A program made the translations under genes and the position numbers. A stretch of DNA of 27,643 nucleotides, taken from NCBI GenBank assembly GCA_018826025.1, contig JAHKAK010000007.1, positions 1 through 27,643 of the forward strand. The letters are read 5' to 3'. This stretch comes from Patescibacteria group bacterium. GTDB taxonomy: Bacteria > Patescibacteriota > Minisyncoccia > Portnoybacterales > GWB1-42-6. The notes beneath the pieces are model-generated. The model worked only from the letters and a program-made list of their open reading frames with translations. It had not been told where the DNA came from and searched no databases. The first letter of the stretch is position 1; each line of letters begins with the position of its first letter. Positions 16,935-25,272 of the stretch are shown here, piece after piece.

Positions 16935-16977
16935 AAAAATTTGTTAATTAAACATAATACAGGTTATAATAAAATTA

Positions 16978-18015
16978 ATGGCCATCGCAAAAACTTTTCG
17001 ACACCAACGCTTTATCGTAATTTTCGGGCTGATTTTACTTATCAGCTTCCTCGTCTGGCTGGTTTTCACCGTCGAGATAAAATCTATCTGGCAGCCGCGC
17101 GTGATTGAAATCAAAAATAACGGCCGCGCGCCAAGTGTTGAAATTACCGAGGGAAAAAAATCCGATTTTTGGCCGTTTAATTTTGAACCAGAAGCCGGGC
17201 AAACCGTAAACTTTTTATTGCTGGGCGCGCCAGGACTTGGCAATGACGGAGCCAATCTGACCGACACGATTTTGCTGGCGCGGCTGGATGAAGCCAAAAA
17301 TAAAATTTATCTTTTTTCTTTACCACGTGACTTGTTAGTAAAAATCCCTAATTCAGCCAACTATGCCAAACTTAACGCGCTTTATGCTTTCAATAAAAAC
17401 AATGCCGGCCAAGAATTTAACGCGCTGACTCAAAAAACGCAAGATATCACCGGCTTGAACATAGACCATTATATTTTTGTTGACCTGCAAACCGTTCAAC
17501 AACTTGTGGATATTTTTGGCGGCGTTAATATAATGGTGGCCAAGGACATTGTTGATGAGTCCTTCCCCGGCGCAAATCACAGCTTTGAAACTTTCACTCT
17601 AAAGGCTGGCTGGCGGTATTTGGACGGTCAAACCGCCTTAAAATATATGCGCACCCGCCACAGCGCGGCTGGCGACTTTGACCGCGTTGACCGACAACAG
17701 GAAGTCTTGCGGGCGCTGAAACAAAAAGTTTTGGCTTTGAATTTCTGGGATATCGGCAAATTCGTGGAAATTTATAATGCCCTATCCGCCAATATCAAAA
17801 GCGATTTGAGTTTGTGGCAGATAAAAAGTTATTGGGATAAAATAAAAGGTATCCCGGGCGCCAACGTTATCAAAAGCGAACTGAATAGCCAAAACCTATT
17901 CACCAGCGGCCAAATGAATTTAGGCGGGCAGATGGCGTCAGTGCTTCAGCCCAAAGCGGGGATTGAAAATTACGAAGAAATTAGGAAATATATTGAGGAA
18001 ACAATCTCAAATTAA
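16978..18015 (+). CDS. LytR-CpsA-Psr (LCP) family protein
   Basis: N-terminal TM; LTDTILL, SLPRDLLV, KLNALY, ALKYMRTRH..GDFDRVDRQQEVL. Confidence 0.92.
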   Translation: MAIAKTFRHQRFIVIFGLILLISFLVWLVFTVEIKSIWQPRVIEIKNNGRAPSVEITEGKKSDFWPFNFEPEAGQTVNFLLLGAPGLGNDGANLTDTILLARLDEAKNKIYLFSLPRDLLVKIPNSANYAKLNALYAFNKNNAGQEFNALTQKTQDITGLNIDHYIFVDLQTVQQLVDIFGGVNIMVAKDIVDESFPGANHSFETFTLKAGWRYLDGQTALKYMRTRHSAAGDFDRVDRQQEVLRALKQKVLALNFWDIGKFVEIYNALSANIKSDLSLWQIKSYWDKIKGIPGANVIKSELNSQNLFTSGQMNLGGQMASVLQPKAGIENYEEIRKYIEETISN

Positions 18016-18201
18016 AAATGTAAATCTCCCCGGCCAGCCTCGCTTTAATTTATGATTTATAATAACCGCTAATTATCGTTACTTATAATGCTTATCGCTA
18101 TAAAACAGCTAACGGCTAGCGGGGCAGGCAAAATGAAAAATGACAACGTAAAGTTGCGTGGCAACCACGTTGCTCTACGCAATGTAAAGTCTAAAATCCA
18201 T

Positions 18202-18276
18202 AACTCCCCCTAACCCCCTCTTGGCTTAAGAGGGGGAATCTCCCTCTCTTTTTTAAAGAGAGGGTTGGGGTGAGTT
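18202..18276. repeat. CCCCTAACCCCCTCT..AGAGGGTTGGGGTGAG hairpin pair
   Basis: Two inner hairpins enclosed by AACTCCCCCTAACC/GGTTGGGGTGAGTT. Confidence 0.75.
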
Positions 18277-18383
18277 AATTTTTACATTTTAAACTGTCAT
18301 TTTGAGATTTGCACTTTACATTTTACATTTTTACAAATATCGCAAAAAATAATTCATAATTTCTATTAACCAAAATTAAACAC

Positions 18384-18971
18384 ATGCACCTCATAATAGG
18401 ATTAGGCAATCCCGGTTCTGAATATTCCAATACTCGCCATAACTTTGGCTTTTTGGCGTTAAATTATTTTCAGGATTCAACCCCGGGCTTTTCTGCTTGG
18501 CAAGCCAGTGAACAATTTAAAGCGCTCATTAGCGAAGGACAAATTGACGGCCAAAAAATTCTATTGGCCAAACCCCAGACTTTTATGAATAATTCCGGCC
18601 AAGCCGTAAAGCTAATCGCCGACTTTTATAAGATCCCCGCGGCCAATATTTTAGTTTTGCATGACGACCTGGATTTGGCCTTAGGCGAAATCCGGCTAAG
18701 CCAAAACGCTTCGGCCGGCGGGCATAAAGGCATCTCTTCCATAATTGAAAAACTGGGCACGCAGGATTTTGCGCGTTTGAGACTCGGCCTTAAACCTCAA
18801 AACCAAACTTTTTTGGCCAGGATTTTCAAAACTCCAGCGGAAAAATTCGTTTTGAAAAAATTTAGCGAAACGGAAAAAGAGCTCGTCCAGCAAGCTGTGC
18901 AAAAAGCCAAAGAAGCGATTTCGCTAATCCTCAAAGACGGCTTAACCGCCGCGCAAAATAAATTCAATTAA
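18384..18971 (+). CDS. pth: Peptidyl-tRNA hydrolase
   Basis: LIIGLGNPGSEYSNTRHNFG, KPQTFMNNSG, HDDLDL, GGHKGISS. Confidence 0.97.
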   Translation: MHLIIGLGNPGSEYSNTRHNFGFLALNYFQDSTPGFSAWQASEQFKALISEGQIDGQKILLAKPQTFMNNSGQAVKLIADFYKIPAANILVLHDDLDLALGEIRLSQNASAGGHKGISSIIEKLGTQDFARLRLGLKPQNQTFLARIFKTPAEKFVLKKFSETEKELVQQAVQKAKEAISLILKDGLTAAQNKFN

Positions 18972-19101
18972 ACTCTTCCCTCTCTTAAGATAAGAGAGGG
19001 TTAGGGTGAGTTATGAGTATTAGGATTATAACTCCTCCCCCGCCCGCCATCGCAAGCTCAGGCGTTGCGGGCGGGCAACCTCCTCTTAGATTAAGAGGAG
19101 G
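18971..19101. repeat. CCCTCTCT..AGAGAGGGTTAGGGTGAG family hairpins with nested CCCGCC..GGCGGG insert
   Basis: Same family as 4467, 18202, 25021, 26286. Confidence 0.75.
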
Positions 19102-19196
19102 AGACCCTGTCAAGGTAAGAATAGGTATCACCCACATAATTTTCGTAGAATTTTGTAGCGCTTTCCTTTTGTAGCTTATTCGTAGCACAAAGAAAA

Positions 19197-19226
19197 AGAG
19201 GCCAACGCGTTAACGCGTTGGCCTCT
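19197..19226. terminator. Perfect 30-bp palindrome, likely bidirectional terminator
   Basis: AGAGGCCAACGCGTTAACGCGTTGGCCTCT between convergent pth and small membrane genes; T-rich tail on the minus strand. Confidence 0.65.
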
Positions 19227-19231
19227 GAATT

Positions 19232-19513
19232 TTAATCGAGCACGACCGTTGTCGTGCCCTGACACTTCCGGCCTTGCCGCCGAGATTTTTTTCTCGACTG
19301 CCGCCGCCGATAGCATAATTTCAGCTCCTTCCCCGCCTGCGGCGCAGAACATAATGCTCCATAAAACGTGAGCGCTCCGTAACCGCCCAAGAGTATTAGA
19401 ATCGTAAACCGCACAACTCCGAGCGGATGCTCAATAGCCGACGAAGTAAGATAAAAATAAAAAACTGAAATAAAGACCACTGCCAGAACTAACAACAAAA
19501 TAAATTTTTTCAT
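19232..19513 (-). CDS. Small membrane protein, two hydrophobic segments and basic C-terminal tail
   Basis: 93 aa; AAGGAG RBS; ATGA overlap with upstream gene. Confidence 0.65.
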   Translation of the reverse strand: MKKFILLLVLAVVFISVFYFYLTSSAIEHPLGVVRFTILILLGGYGALTFYGALCSAPQAGKELKLCYRRRQSRKKSRRQGRKCQGTTTVVLD

Positions 19514-19734
19514 CTCATGCTCCTTTCTTTGCTGTTGTTGTTTAGCAAATTGCCAATTACTTTCTTTTTTTCACACTTTTTCCGCTCCCGCCAGACCACA
19601 ATCCCGACCGCTACCAGTAGCCAGAAATAATGAGCCAGATGAAACGATTCACCAGGGTCAAGACAAAGAGAAAAGACCCAAATCATCAAAACCCAAGCTA
19701 CGGATAAAACAACCATAAGCCGAACGTAATTCAT
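19510..19734 (-). CDS. Small two-TM membrane protein
   Basis: 74 aa; AAAGGAG RBS upstream; basic cytoplasmic tail. Confidence 0.65.
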   Translation of the reverse strand: MNYVRLMVVLSVAWVLMIWVFSLCLDPGESFHLAHYFWLLVAVGIVVWRERKKCEKKKVIGNLLNNNSKERSMR

Positions 19735-19782
19735 AGTTTTTCTCCTTTCTTTATGTAATTTTTAAAGGGCTAAACTTTTTCC

Positions 19783-19909
19783 GCCCAATATCCTACCTGC
19801 GAGCGTCAAGAGTTAAGATTTCAAAAGAAATCGCCCTTGTCATTAAGTTACTCGCTTAACATTAGGAGGGATTGTTAAGCTTTCACTACTCACAGATAGG
19901 ATACTGGGC
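19783..19909 (-). ncRNA. 127-nt structured leader/sRNA candidate
   Basis: 22-bp closing stem fully paired on the minus strand (4 G.U; these are A.C mismatches on +); inner hairpins GCTTAACA/TGTTAAGC and GATTTC/GAAATC. Confidence 0.6.
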
Positions 19910-19933
19910 AAAAAGACTGTTTTAAAGGATTTT

Positions 19934-20049
19934 TTGACACTGCCTTAACGATATTGTATTATCATTCAAGAATTAGTAATTGTCAATATTTGCTTATTTT
20001 GCACATTTGCACATTATTATAGTATACTCCAAATCAATATGTTTGTCAA
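19934..20049. promoter_or_regulatory. Cluster of sigma70 promoter motifs: two on the minus strand, one divergent on plus
   Basis: Minus TTGACA-17-TATACT (20021-49) and TTGACA-17-GATAAT (19958-86); plus TTGACA-17-TATTAT (19934-62). Confidence 0.6.
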
Positions 20050-20088
20050 GTCAAGATATGAAAATCTGGTGTTGTTTCTACCAAACCC

Positions 20089-20126
20089 AAAACAAAAAGA
20101 GCGGTTTGTGCCGCTCTTTTTGTTTT
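20089..20126. terminator. Bidirectional terminator after the subtilase
   Basis: AAAACAAAAAGAGCGG-TTTGTG-CCGCTCTTTTTGTTTT. Confidence 0.8.
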
Positions 20127-20132
20127 ATTTCT

Positions 20133-21983
20133 CTATTTCGTTATTCCGTTGAGCGGCGTTTTACCGTCCCAAGTTAATCCGGATGCTGTTACAGCAGTTA
20201 CTAATGTTGTGTAAGTTCCTGACGGAGCGTTCTTGTAGCCAAAGATTATTACTCCATCGCTTCCAGTTGTGCTTGTGCCAGTAGCTTCAAGTAAGCCATC
20301 GCGGTTCAACTCAATTGATACGGAAGCGTTGGCGACGGGATTGCCAAAGTCATCAATTACCGCGACATGGATGTTCAAGTGCTTGTCGCCGCTTTTTCCG
20401 CCCTCCGTAGTATAGGTAATTGAGCTCACTATTGAGATAGTCGCCTCGGATGGAGCGGGTGCGATTGAGAAATTCGCCGAGCCGCTACCGGAAATACTTC
20501 TTGTATCCGTGGCCGTTGCTTCAACTGCGTAGTCGCCATCTGCCAAACCGGAAATATCCAGATTGCCAGTGTAAGTTCCGGCAGTAGCCGTTTCAGCAAA
20601 ATTCACAACTGCGGCGACGCTATTTAGCGTTGTGCCAAAGTCAGATGAGTTCAAGCCGCTTATCGCAGTGCCATTTTCATCAGTTACTATGGCCGTGAGT
20701 ATCGCAGTAGTATCAACTCCGCTCTCATAGCTTGCTTTGTCCGTGCTCACATTTACATTTACCGCAGGAGAAGGCGGCACAAGGGAAGCAATTGCGGCGG
20801 CGACATTCACCAAGCCGTATCCGTAGAGCGTGTCTTTTCCTGTTGCCCCAATATCATCTGCAGTGGAATTCAGTATTAACCTTACTTCATCGTTATTAGT
20901 AATTCCTGTGGCAATGACCAGCGCAGCAGCGCCCGCAACATGCGGAGACGCCATTGATGTTCCGCTTCCTTCTTTATAATAACCGCCATCTAAAATATAT
21001 GGCTGGGGGTTATGCGGACTCGTCCCGTCATTCCAAGCAGAAAGGACAGACACACCCGGAGCGGCAAGTTCTATTTCCTCTCCTGTGCTGGACCAACTTG
21101 GCCTTTTGTCGTTAGAGTCCGTTGCCGCAACCGCTATTACGGAAGCGTATTTTGCCGGATAGATTACATTATTTCCTTTTCCGGGCGGATTACCGGAATT
21201 TCCTCCGGCCGCAACGATTACCATATTGGCTGCTTCCGCGTTGTCAAAAGCGGCTTTTACTGTACTTCCCGGGTCTTGCGAACTACCCAAACTCAAATTA
21301 ACAACCTGTAACCCGTTTAATACCGCCCAATCCATAGCGGCAATAGTTGCGCTCCAAGAACCAACGCCGTCATTATTTAGTACTCGCAGAGAGTAAAGCG
21401 CGCACTCCGGCGCTACGCCTACAACTCCCAACCCGTTATCTTCGGCGCAAGCAGAACCGGCAACATGCGTGCCGTGTCCATAGACATCAGCCGGATCATT
21501 ATCATTTTCAACAAAATCGTAACCGCCTGCATACACATCATTTAAATCCTGATGAGTATAATCAACACCGGAATCAATAATACCGATTTTTACGCCAGTG
21601 CCTTTATTGCCTTTGTCGTGAACATCTCCGGAGCCGATTCTTTTTACACCCCACGCGTTATCAAGCTCGGTATCAACCGCGTACACCGCTCCGTCTAATT
21701 CAACGGAGGTTATATTCGGATTGTTTAGTAATCCTTGAATTGCCGCCTCGGGAACGCTTGCGGCAACCGCCGGAACAATCGTATAACTAAATCTCACTGT
21801 TCCTCCGGCGCGTTCCACAACAGCACGCTCGGCAACACCGGGTGTTTTGTCAAAACTGACAAAGACATCAATTTTATTATTTTCCGCCGCCTGAACTTGG
21901 GAGCTTGTCGGTCCGATTGCTCCAACAGCCGCCATGCCGAATACAACTCCTAAAATAAGCGAATAAGATAGAATTTTTTTCAT
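20133..21983 (-). CDS. Secreted subtilisin-like S8 serine protease with propeptide and C-terminal Ig-like domains
   Basis: Start moved to MKKILSY; signal peptide; triad IIDSG, HGTHVAG, GTSMASPHVAG. Confidence 0.95.
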   Translation of the reverse strand: MKKILSYSLILGVVFGMAAVGAIGPTSSQVQAAENNKIDVFVSFDKTPGVAERAVVERAGGTVRFSYTIVPAVAASVPEAAIQGLLNNPNITSVELDGAVYAVDTELDNAWGVKRIGSGDVHDKGNKGTGVKIGIIDSGVDYTHQDLNDVYAGGYDFVENDNDPADVYGHGTHVAGSACAEDNGLGVVGVAPECALYSLRVLNNDGVGSWSATIAAMDWAVLNGLQVVNLSLGSSQDPGSTVKAAFDNAEAANMVIVAAGGNSGNPPGKGNNVIYPAKYASVIAVAATDSNDKRPSWSSTGEEIELAAPGVSVLSAWNDGTSPHNPQPYILDGGYYKEGSGTSMASPHVAGAAALVIATGITNNDEVRLILNSTADDIGATGKDTLYGYGLVNVAAAIASLVPPSPAVNVNVSTDKASYESGVDTTAILTAIVTDENGTAISGLNSSDFGTTLNSVAAVVNFAETATAGTYTGNLDISGLADGDYAVEATATDTRSISGSGSANFSIAPAPSEATISIVSSITYTTEGGKSGDKHLNIHVAVIDDFGNPVANASVSIELNRDGLLEATGTSTTGSDGVIIFGYKNAPSGTYTTLVTAVTASGLTWDGKTPLNGITK

Positions 21984-22138
21984 AATGTTTGATGATGGGG
22001 TATTGCTAAAGAGAATATAAAAACTATTCAGCAATACGCCCTTATTTATTAAGCTAAACGACCTTGAAATTATAAGTTATTTGTTATGTCTTTTATGTCT
22101 TTACAGTAGCAAGAGCGTATAAAAAGTCAACTCTCCCC

Positions 22139-22538
22139 TCAACCTTCAGCTGGTTCGGCGAAAGTTTCCGGTTCTTCGGCTTCCAGTAGTTTTTTCTTCC
22201 GCGTTGCGTATTCATCCTCTATGGTTTTTCTCTCCCGCAGATAATTCTTGCCGATCTCGCTTTCGGCTACCTGTCGGGCAAAGTCCTCCTCGTCCGTTTC
22301 CGCCATTTCGTGCGACGGCGGTTGGTCAATCGTTTGTATGGCAATTACTCCGCCGCTGATTTTATTTTTGATAAAACAAACGCGTGGAGTAAGTTCTTGA
22401 AGAAGTTTGATGTATTCCTCCCAGCCCGGCGGGCTTGAATACAGAGAAGCGAGGGATTCTTTGGCCAAGATATTGGCGTCATCGCGGGAAATTCGGAAAT
22501 ACGCTTGAAGCCCGCTATTGGAAAGTACGGAAGCGCGC
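22139..22538 (-). pseudogene. C-terminal remnant of a TrwB/TraD-like coupling ATPase
   Basis: LRASVLSNSGLQAYFRISRDDANILAKE resembles the conserved (G)N..x..FR.S..DA..L.KE segment after Walker B; no Walker motifs or true start present. Confidence 0.5.
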
Positions 22539-22676
22539 AGGGGCGCCGGCAATGTCCTGGGCCGCGAGCAGAGCGGTCCCGTCAATTCCGTGGGGCTGAA
22601 TTTGTATATGCAAATGTTAAGCGAGTCGGTGGAGGAATTAAAAAACCCGACCATTGCTGATCGGGCGGATTTCTAA
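22539..22676 (+). pseudogene. mfd: 3' remnant of transcription-repair coupling factor gene
   Basis: RGAGNVLGREQSGPVNSVGLNLYMQMLSESVEELK..* matches the Mfd TRG motif (RGAGNxLGxxQSG..VG..LY..ML); 5' part absent. Confidence 0.75.
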
Positions 22677-22700
22677 TCTAAAATCTTACTATGCTAAGAC

Positions 22701-23393
22701 TCACAATTTTTCAATTGCGAGCCTTACTTCCTCCCTGCTGAAAGCGACTGCTTCACAAAAAGCCGTCCACTCATCCCCGCCAAGCTTTTTGGTAACATTC
22801 CGAAGGCGCTTAAGGCGCGGCGCTAATTTTGAAACGATGGCCGTCGCGCGCGACGGCTCACACTCAACCAACACATTGATTGCTTCAATGAGATAGCCGT
22901 CATCAAAATTGGCGCTGCCAATCAAATGATATGTCGTTTCATAAACCTGTGCTGACGGCATAAGTGATTTTAGAGCAGCAATCGTACCATAGAATATCTC
23001 CGGATCCCGTTTTCCTAAAAGCCCATTACCAACTGTGGGCAATAATGCGTTTAATGGCTCAGTCGCATTAATTCTGATCATCAGATAAACAAGGTCTCTA
23101 AAAGCGTCCACCGGCGCGCTATCCATGTTCCCCCGCTCAAGCAGCACATCTCCTATGGCTTGGCGAAACATCATCTGCTTTGATTTGGGCACGTATTCCT
23201 CGTAAGTACGGGCAAGCCCTTCGCAAATAGATTCTTGCTGCATAATAAAATAACCGACATAATCAAAAGTCCTTGCCCGATCGCTGACTGGCAAAGAATA
23301 AAATCTTTGCAACCCTTGCCATAGCCAATCGGCAAATTTTTTCCGGCTAAATTTTGCGAACGCCTTCCTGATCGCTTTTTTCATTTTATCCAT
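22701..23393 (-). CDS. Hypothetical all-helical protein
   Basis: 230 aa ORF with AAGGAGG RBS and upstream promoter motif; no family recognised. Confidence 0.7.
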   Translation of the reverse strand: MDKMKKAIRKAFAKFSRKKFADWLWQGLQRFYSLPVSDRARTFDYVGYFIMQQESICEGLARTYEEYVPKSKQMMFRQAIGDVLLERGNMDSAPVDAFRDLVYLMIRINATEPLNALLPTVGNGLLGKRDPEIFYGTIAALKSLMPSAQVYETTYHLIGSANFDDGYLIEAINVLVECEPSRATAIVSKLAPRLKRLRNVTKKLGGDEWTAFCEAVAFSREEVRLAIEKL

Positions 23394-23464
23394 GACGCCC
23401 TCCTTTAATTTGCCCCGATAAAGTTTGTTTTAAGAACCACCCGCCAAATAATATCCGTTAATGC

Positions 23465-23493
23465 ATACTATTAAAAAGCCTCAAATCTGTCAA
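23465..23493 (-). promoter_or_regulatory. Putative promoter of the 230-aa gene
   Basis: Minus strand TTGACA-N17-TAGTAT. Confidence 0.55.
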
Positions 23494-23515
23494 ATTAAAT
23501 TTAAATATATAATTT

Positions 23516-23688
23516 CCTGCGGTCTTGCCGCAGGGATACCCGATGTCATTCCCGCGAAAGCGGGAATCCAGAATTCAAGAACCTGGATCCCTTCCCCGCT
23601 TTCGCGAGGACTAAAGGCCGCAGGGATGACACTTTAGCGCACCGTAGTGGTTTGCGATACCCTGCGGTCTTGCCACAGGGTGATTCAT
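23516..23688. repeat. Nested repeats: CCTGCGGTCTTGCCRCAGGG direct pair enclosing a GTCATTCCCGCGAAAGCGGGAATCC element
   Basis: Hairpin copies at 23516-35 and 23661-80; REP-like copy 23544-23631 with a further insert in its right arm. Confidence 0.8.
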
Positions 23689-23821
23689 TTCTATTAATGC
23701 TAATTTTTCTTGGTACCAAAATTGTGCGATAGCATAAAAGTGGCACAAAAAGATTTTTATTACAAGTAGAATTTGTCAGTCAAACGATAAAAATGATATA
23801 GTAAAATAATAATAGGTTTTC

Positions 23822-23904
23822 TGTCGTTGCGAGCGAAGCGAAGCAATCCCGAATTATTGCCGCTGTCCATGGGATTGCCGCGCGCCTACGGCGCTCGCAA
23901 TGAC
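23822..23904. repeat. REP-like GTCGTTGCGAGCGAAGCGAAGCAATCC...CGCTCGCAATGAC element
   Basis: Long imperfect palindrome; supplies the false upstream ATG (23900) of dprA. Confidence 0.8.
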
Positions 23905-23917
23905 GCTTCTCTTTTTT

Positions 23918-25015
23918 ATGCACCCCCAAGCTAAATATTTCCACGCTTTCAACTTATTCAACGAACGCATCGGCCCCGTGCGTTTTAAAAAATTGCTCGG
24001 CTATTTTAGCTCAATGGAGCAAGCTTGGACCAACGGCGGAGAACAAGAGTTTATCGCCGCGGGGCTGGAAACAGAGTTGGCGCAAGATATTGCCTCGCGA
24101 CGGCCGCAAATTGATTTGGATAAAGAATTGGCTAAATTAGCCAAAGAGAATATCGGGATAATAACAATTTTAGACGAAGACTATCCCAAGCTCTTAAAAG
24201 AAATCCACGACCCGCCGCATATAATGTATATCAAGGGAGCGCTCAAACCGGAGGACGAATTTGCCATCGCCGTTGTTGGCACGCGAAAATTATCAACTTA
24301 TGGCCAGCAAGTTGCCTCTTCTCTGGCGCGAGAGCTCGCCCAAGCCGGACTAACCATTGTTTCTGGCTTGGCCTTGGGCATTGATACTTTGGCGCATTTG
24401 GCCGCGCTGGAACAGAAAACGCGCACTATCGCGGTAGTTGGCTCTTCGCTTGACCGCTTCAGTATTTTCCCGCCGCAAAACCGGAGCCTGGCCGAAAAAA
24501 TTGCTCAAAATGGCGCCCTGCTTTCCGAGTATCCTTTGGGTTCGGCCGCCCTGCCCCACCACTTCCCCAGCCGCAACCGCGTTGTCAGCGGCTTATCGCT
24601 GGGCGCGGTTATTATTGAAGCGCCGCAAAAATCCGGCGCCATAATCACCGCCAACCACGCCCTCTCACAAAACCGCGAGGTTTTTGCGGTGCCGGGTTCC
24701 ATATTTTCCGATAATTCCGGCGGCCCGAATAATTTAATAAAAATTGGCGCCAAGCTCGTGACCAACAGCCAAGACATTCTGGAAGAATTAAATTTAAAAA
24801 ACCTTGCCTCAAATATCGCGGTGGCACAAATTATGCCGGATAACAAGCAGGAAGAGTTAATTTTAAAGATCCTATCCCACGACCCTCTGCCTGTGGACTT
24901 AATCGTTCAAGAAACAAAAATGAGCGCCGCTCAAGTCGGAGCAACTTTGAGCCTCATGGAAATGAAAGGCAAAATTAAGAACCTTGGCGGCGGGCAATAT
25001 GTTTTAGCGCGGTAA
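23918..25015 (+). CDS. dprA: DNA processing protein DprA/Smf
   Basis: IAVVGTRKLSTYG, IVSGLALGIDTLAH, HFPSRNRVVSGLS, SGAIITA, C-terminal wHTH; start moved to 23918. Confidence 0.96.
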   Translation: MHPQAKYFHAFNLFNERIGPVRFKKLLGYFSSMEQAWTNGGEQEFIAAGLETELAQDIASRRPQIDLDKELAKLAKENIGIITILDEDYPKLLKEIHDPPHIMYIKGALKPEDEFAIAVVGTRKLSTYGQQVASSLARELAQAGLTIVSGLALGIDTLAHLAALEQKTRTIAVVGSSLDRFSIFPPQNRSLAEKIAQNGALLSEYPLGSAALPHHFPSRNRVVSGLSLGAVIIEAPQKSGAIITANHALSQNREVFAVPGSIFSDNSGGPNNLIKIGAKLVTNSQDILEELNLKNLASNIAVAQIMPDNKQEELILKILSHDPLPVDLIVQETKMSAAQVGATLSLMEMKGKIKNLGGGQYVLAR

Positions 25016-25020
25016 ATTCT

Positions 25021-25106
25021 TCCCTCTCCTTTTGAAGGAGAGGGCTAGGGTGAGGTTATGAGATGAATCTAAATCCCTCCCCACCCCCCCTTATGGAAAG
25101 GGAGGT
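25021..25106. repeat. CCCTCTCC..GGAGAGGGCTAGGGTGAGG family hairpins
   Basis: Same family as 4467, 18202, 18971. Confidence 0.75.
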
Positions 25107-25272
25107 TAGAAAGGATTTAATTGCCAAACAAAAATCTAAAAATAACCGATTACTTATTTCTCCCGCATATGCGGCATTAATAAGTAATCCTCACGCAGCC
25201 AAAATACACAAATTTCTCGCCAAACAAAAAAGAGTAACTTTCAAAATTGCTCTTTTTAAAAATTCCATCTAT

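Noticed and set aside
22139-22654. 171-aa ORF as an intact gene
   Set aside because: Its N-terminal part is the antisense of an mfd fragment, so it is a chimera
23900-23917. Upstream ATG for dprA; extended starts for hicA, ybeY, yqeY, HIT and the subtilase
   Set aside because: Extensions come from repeats or non-homologous sequence; downstream ATGs match the family N-termini
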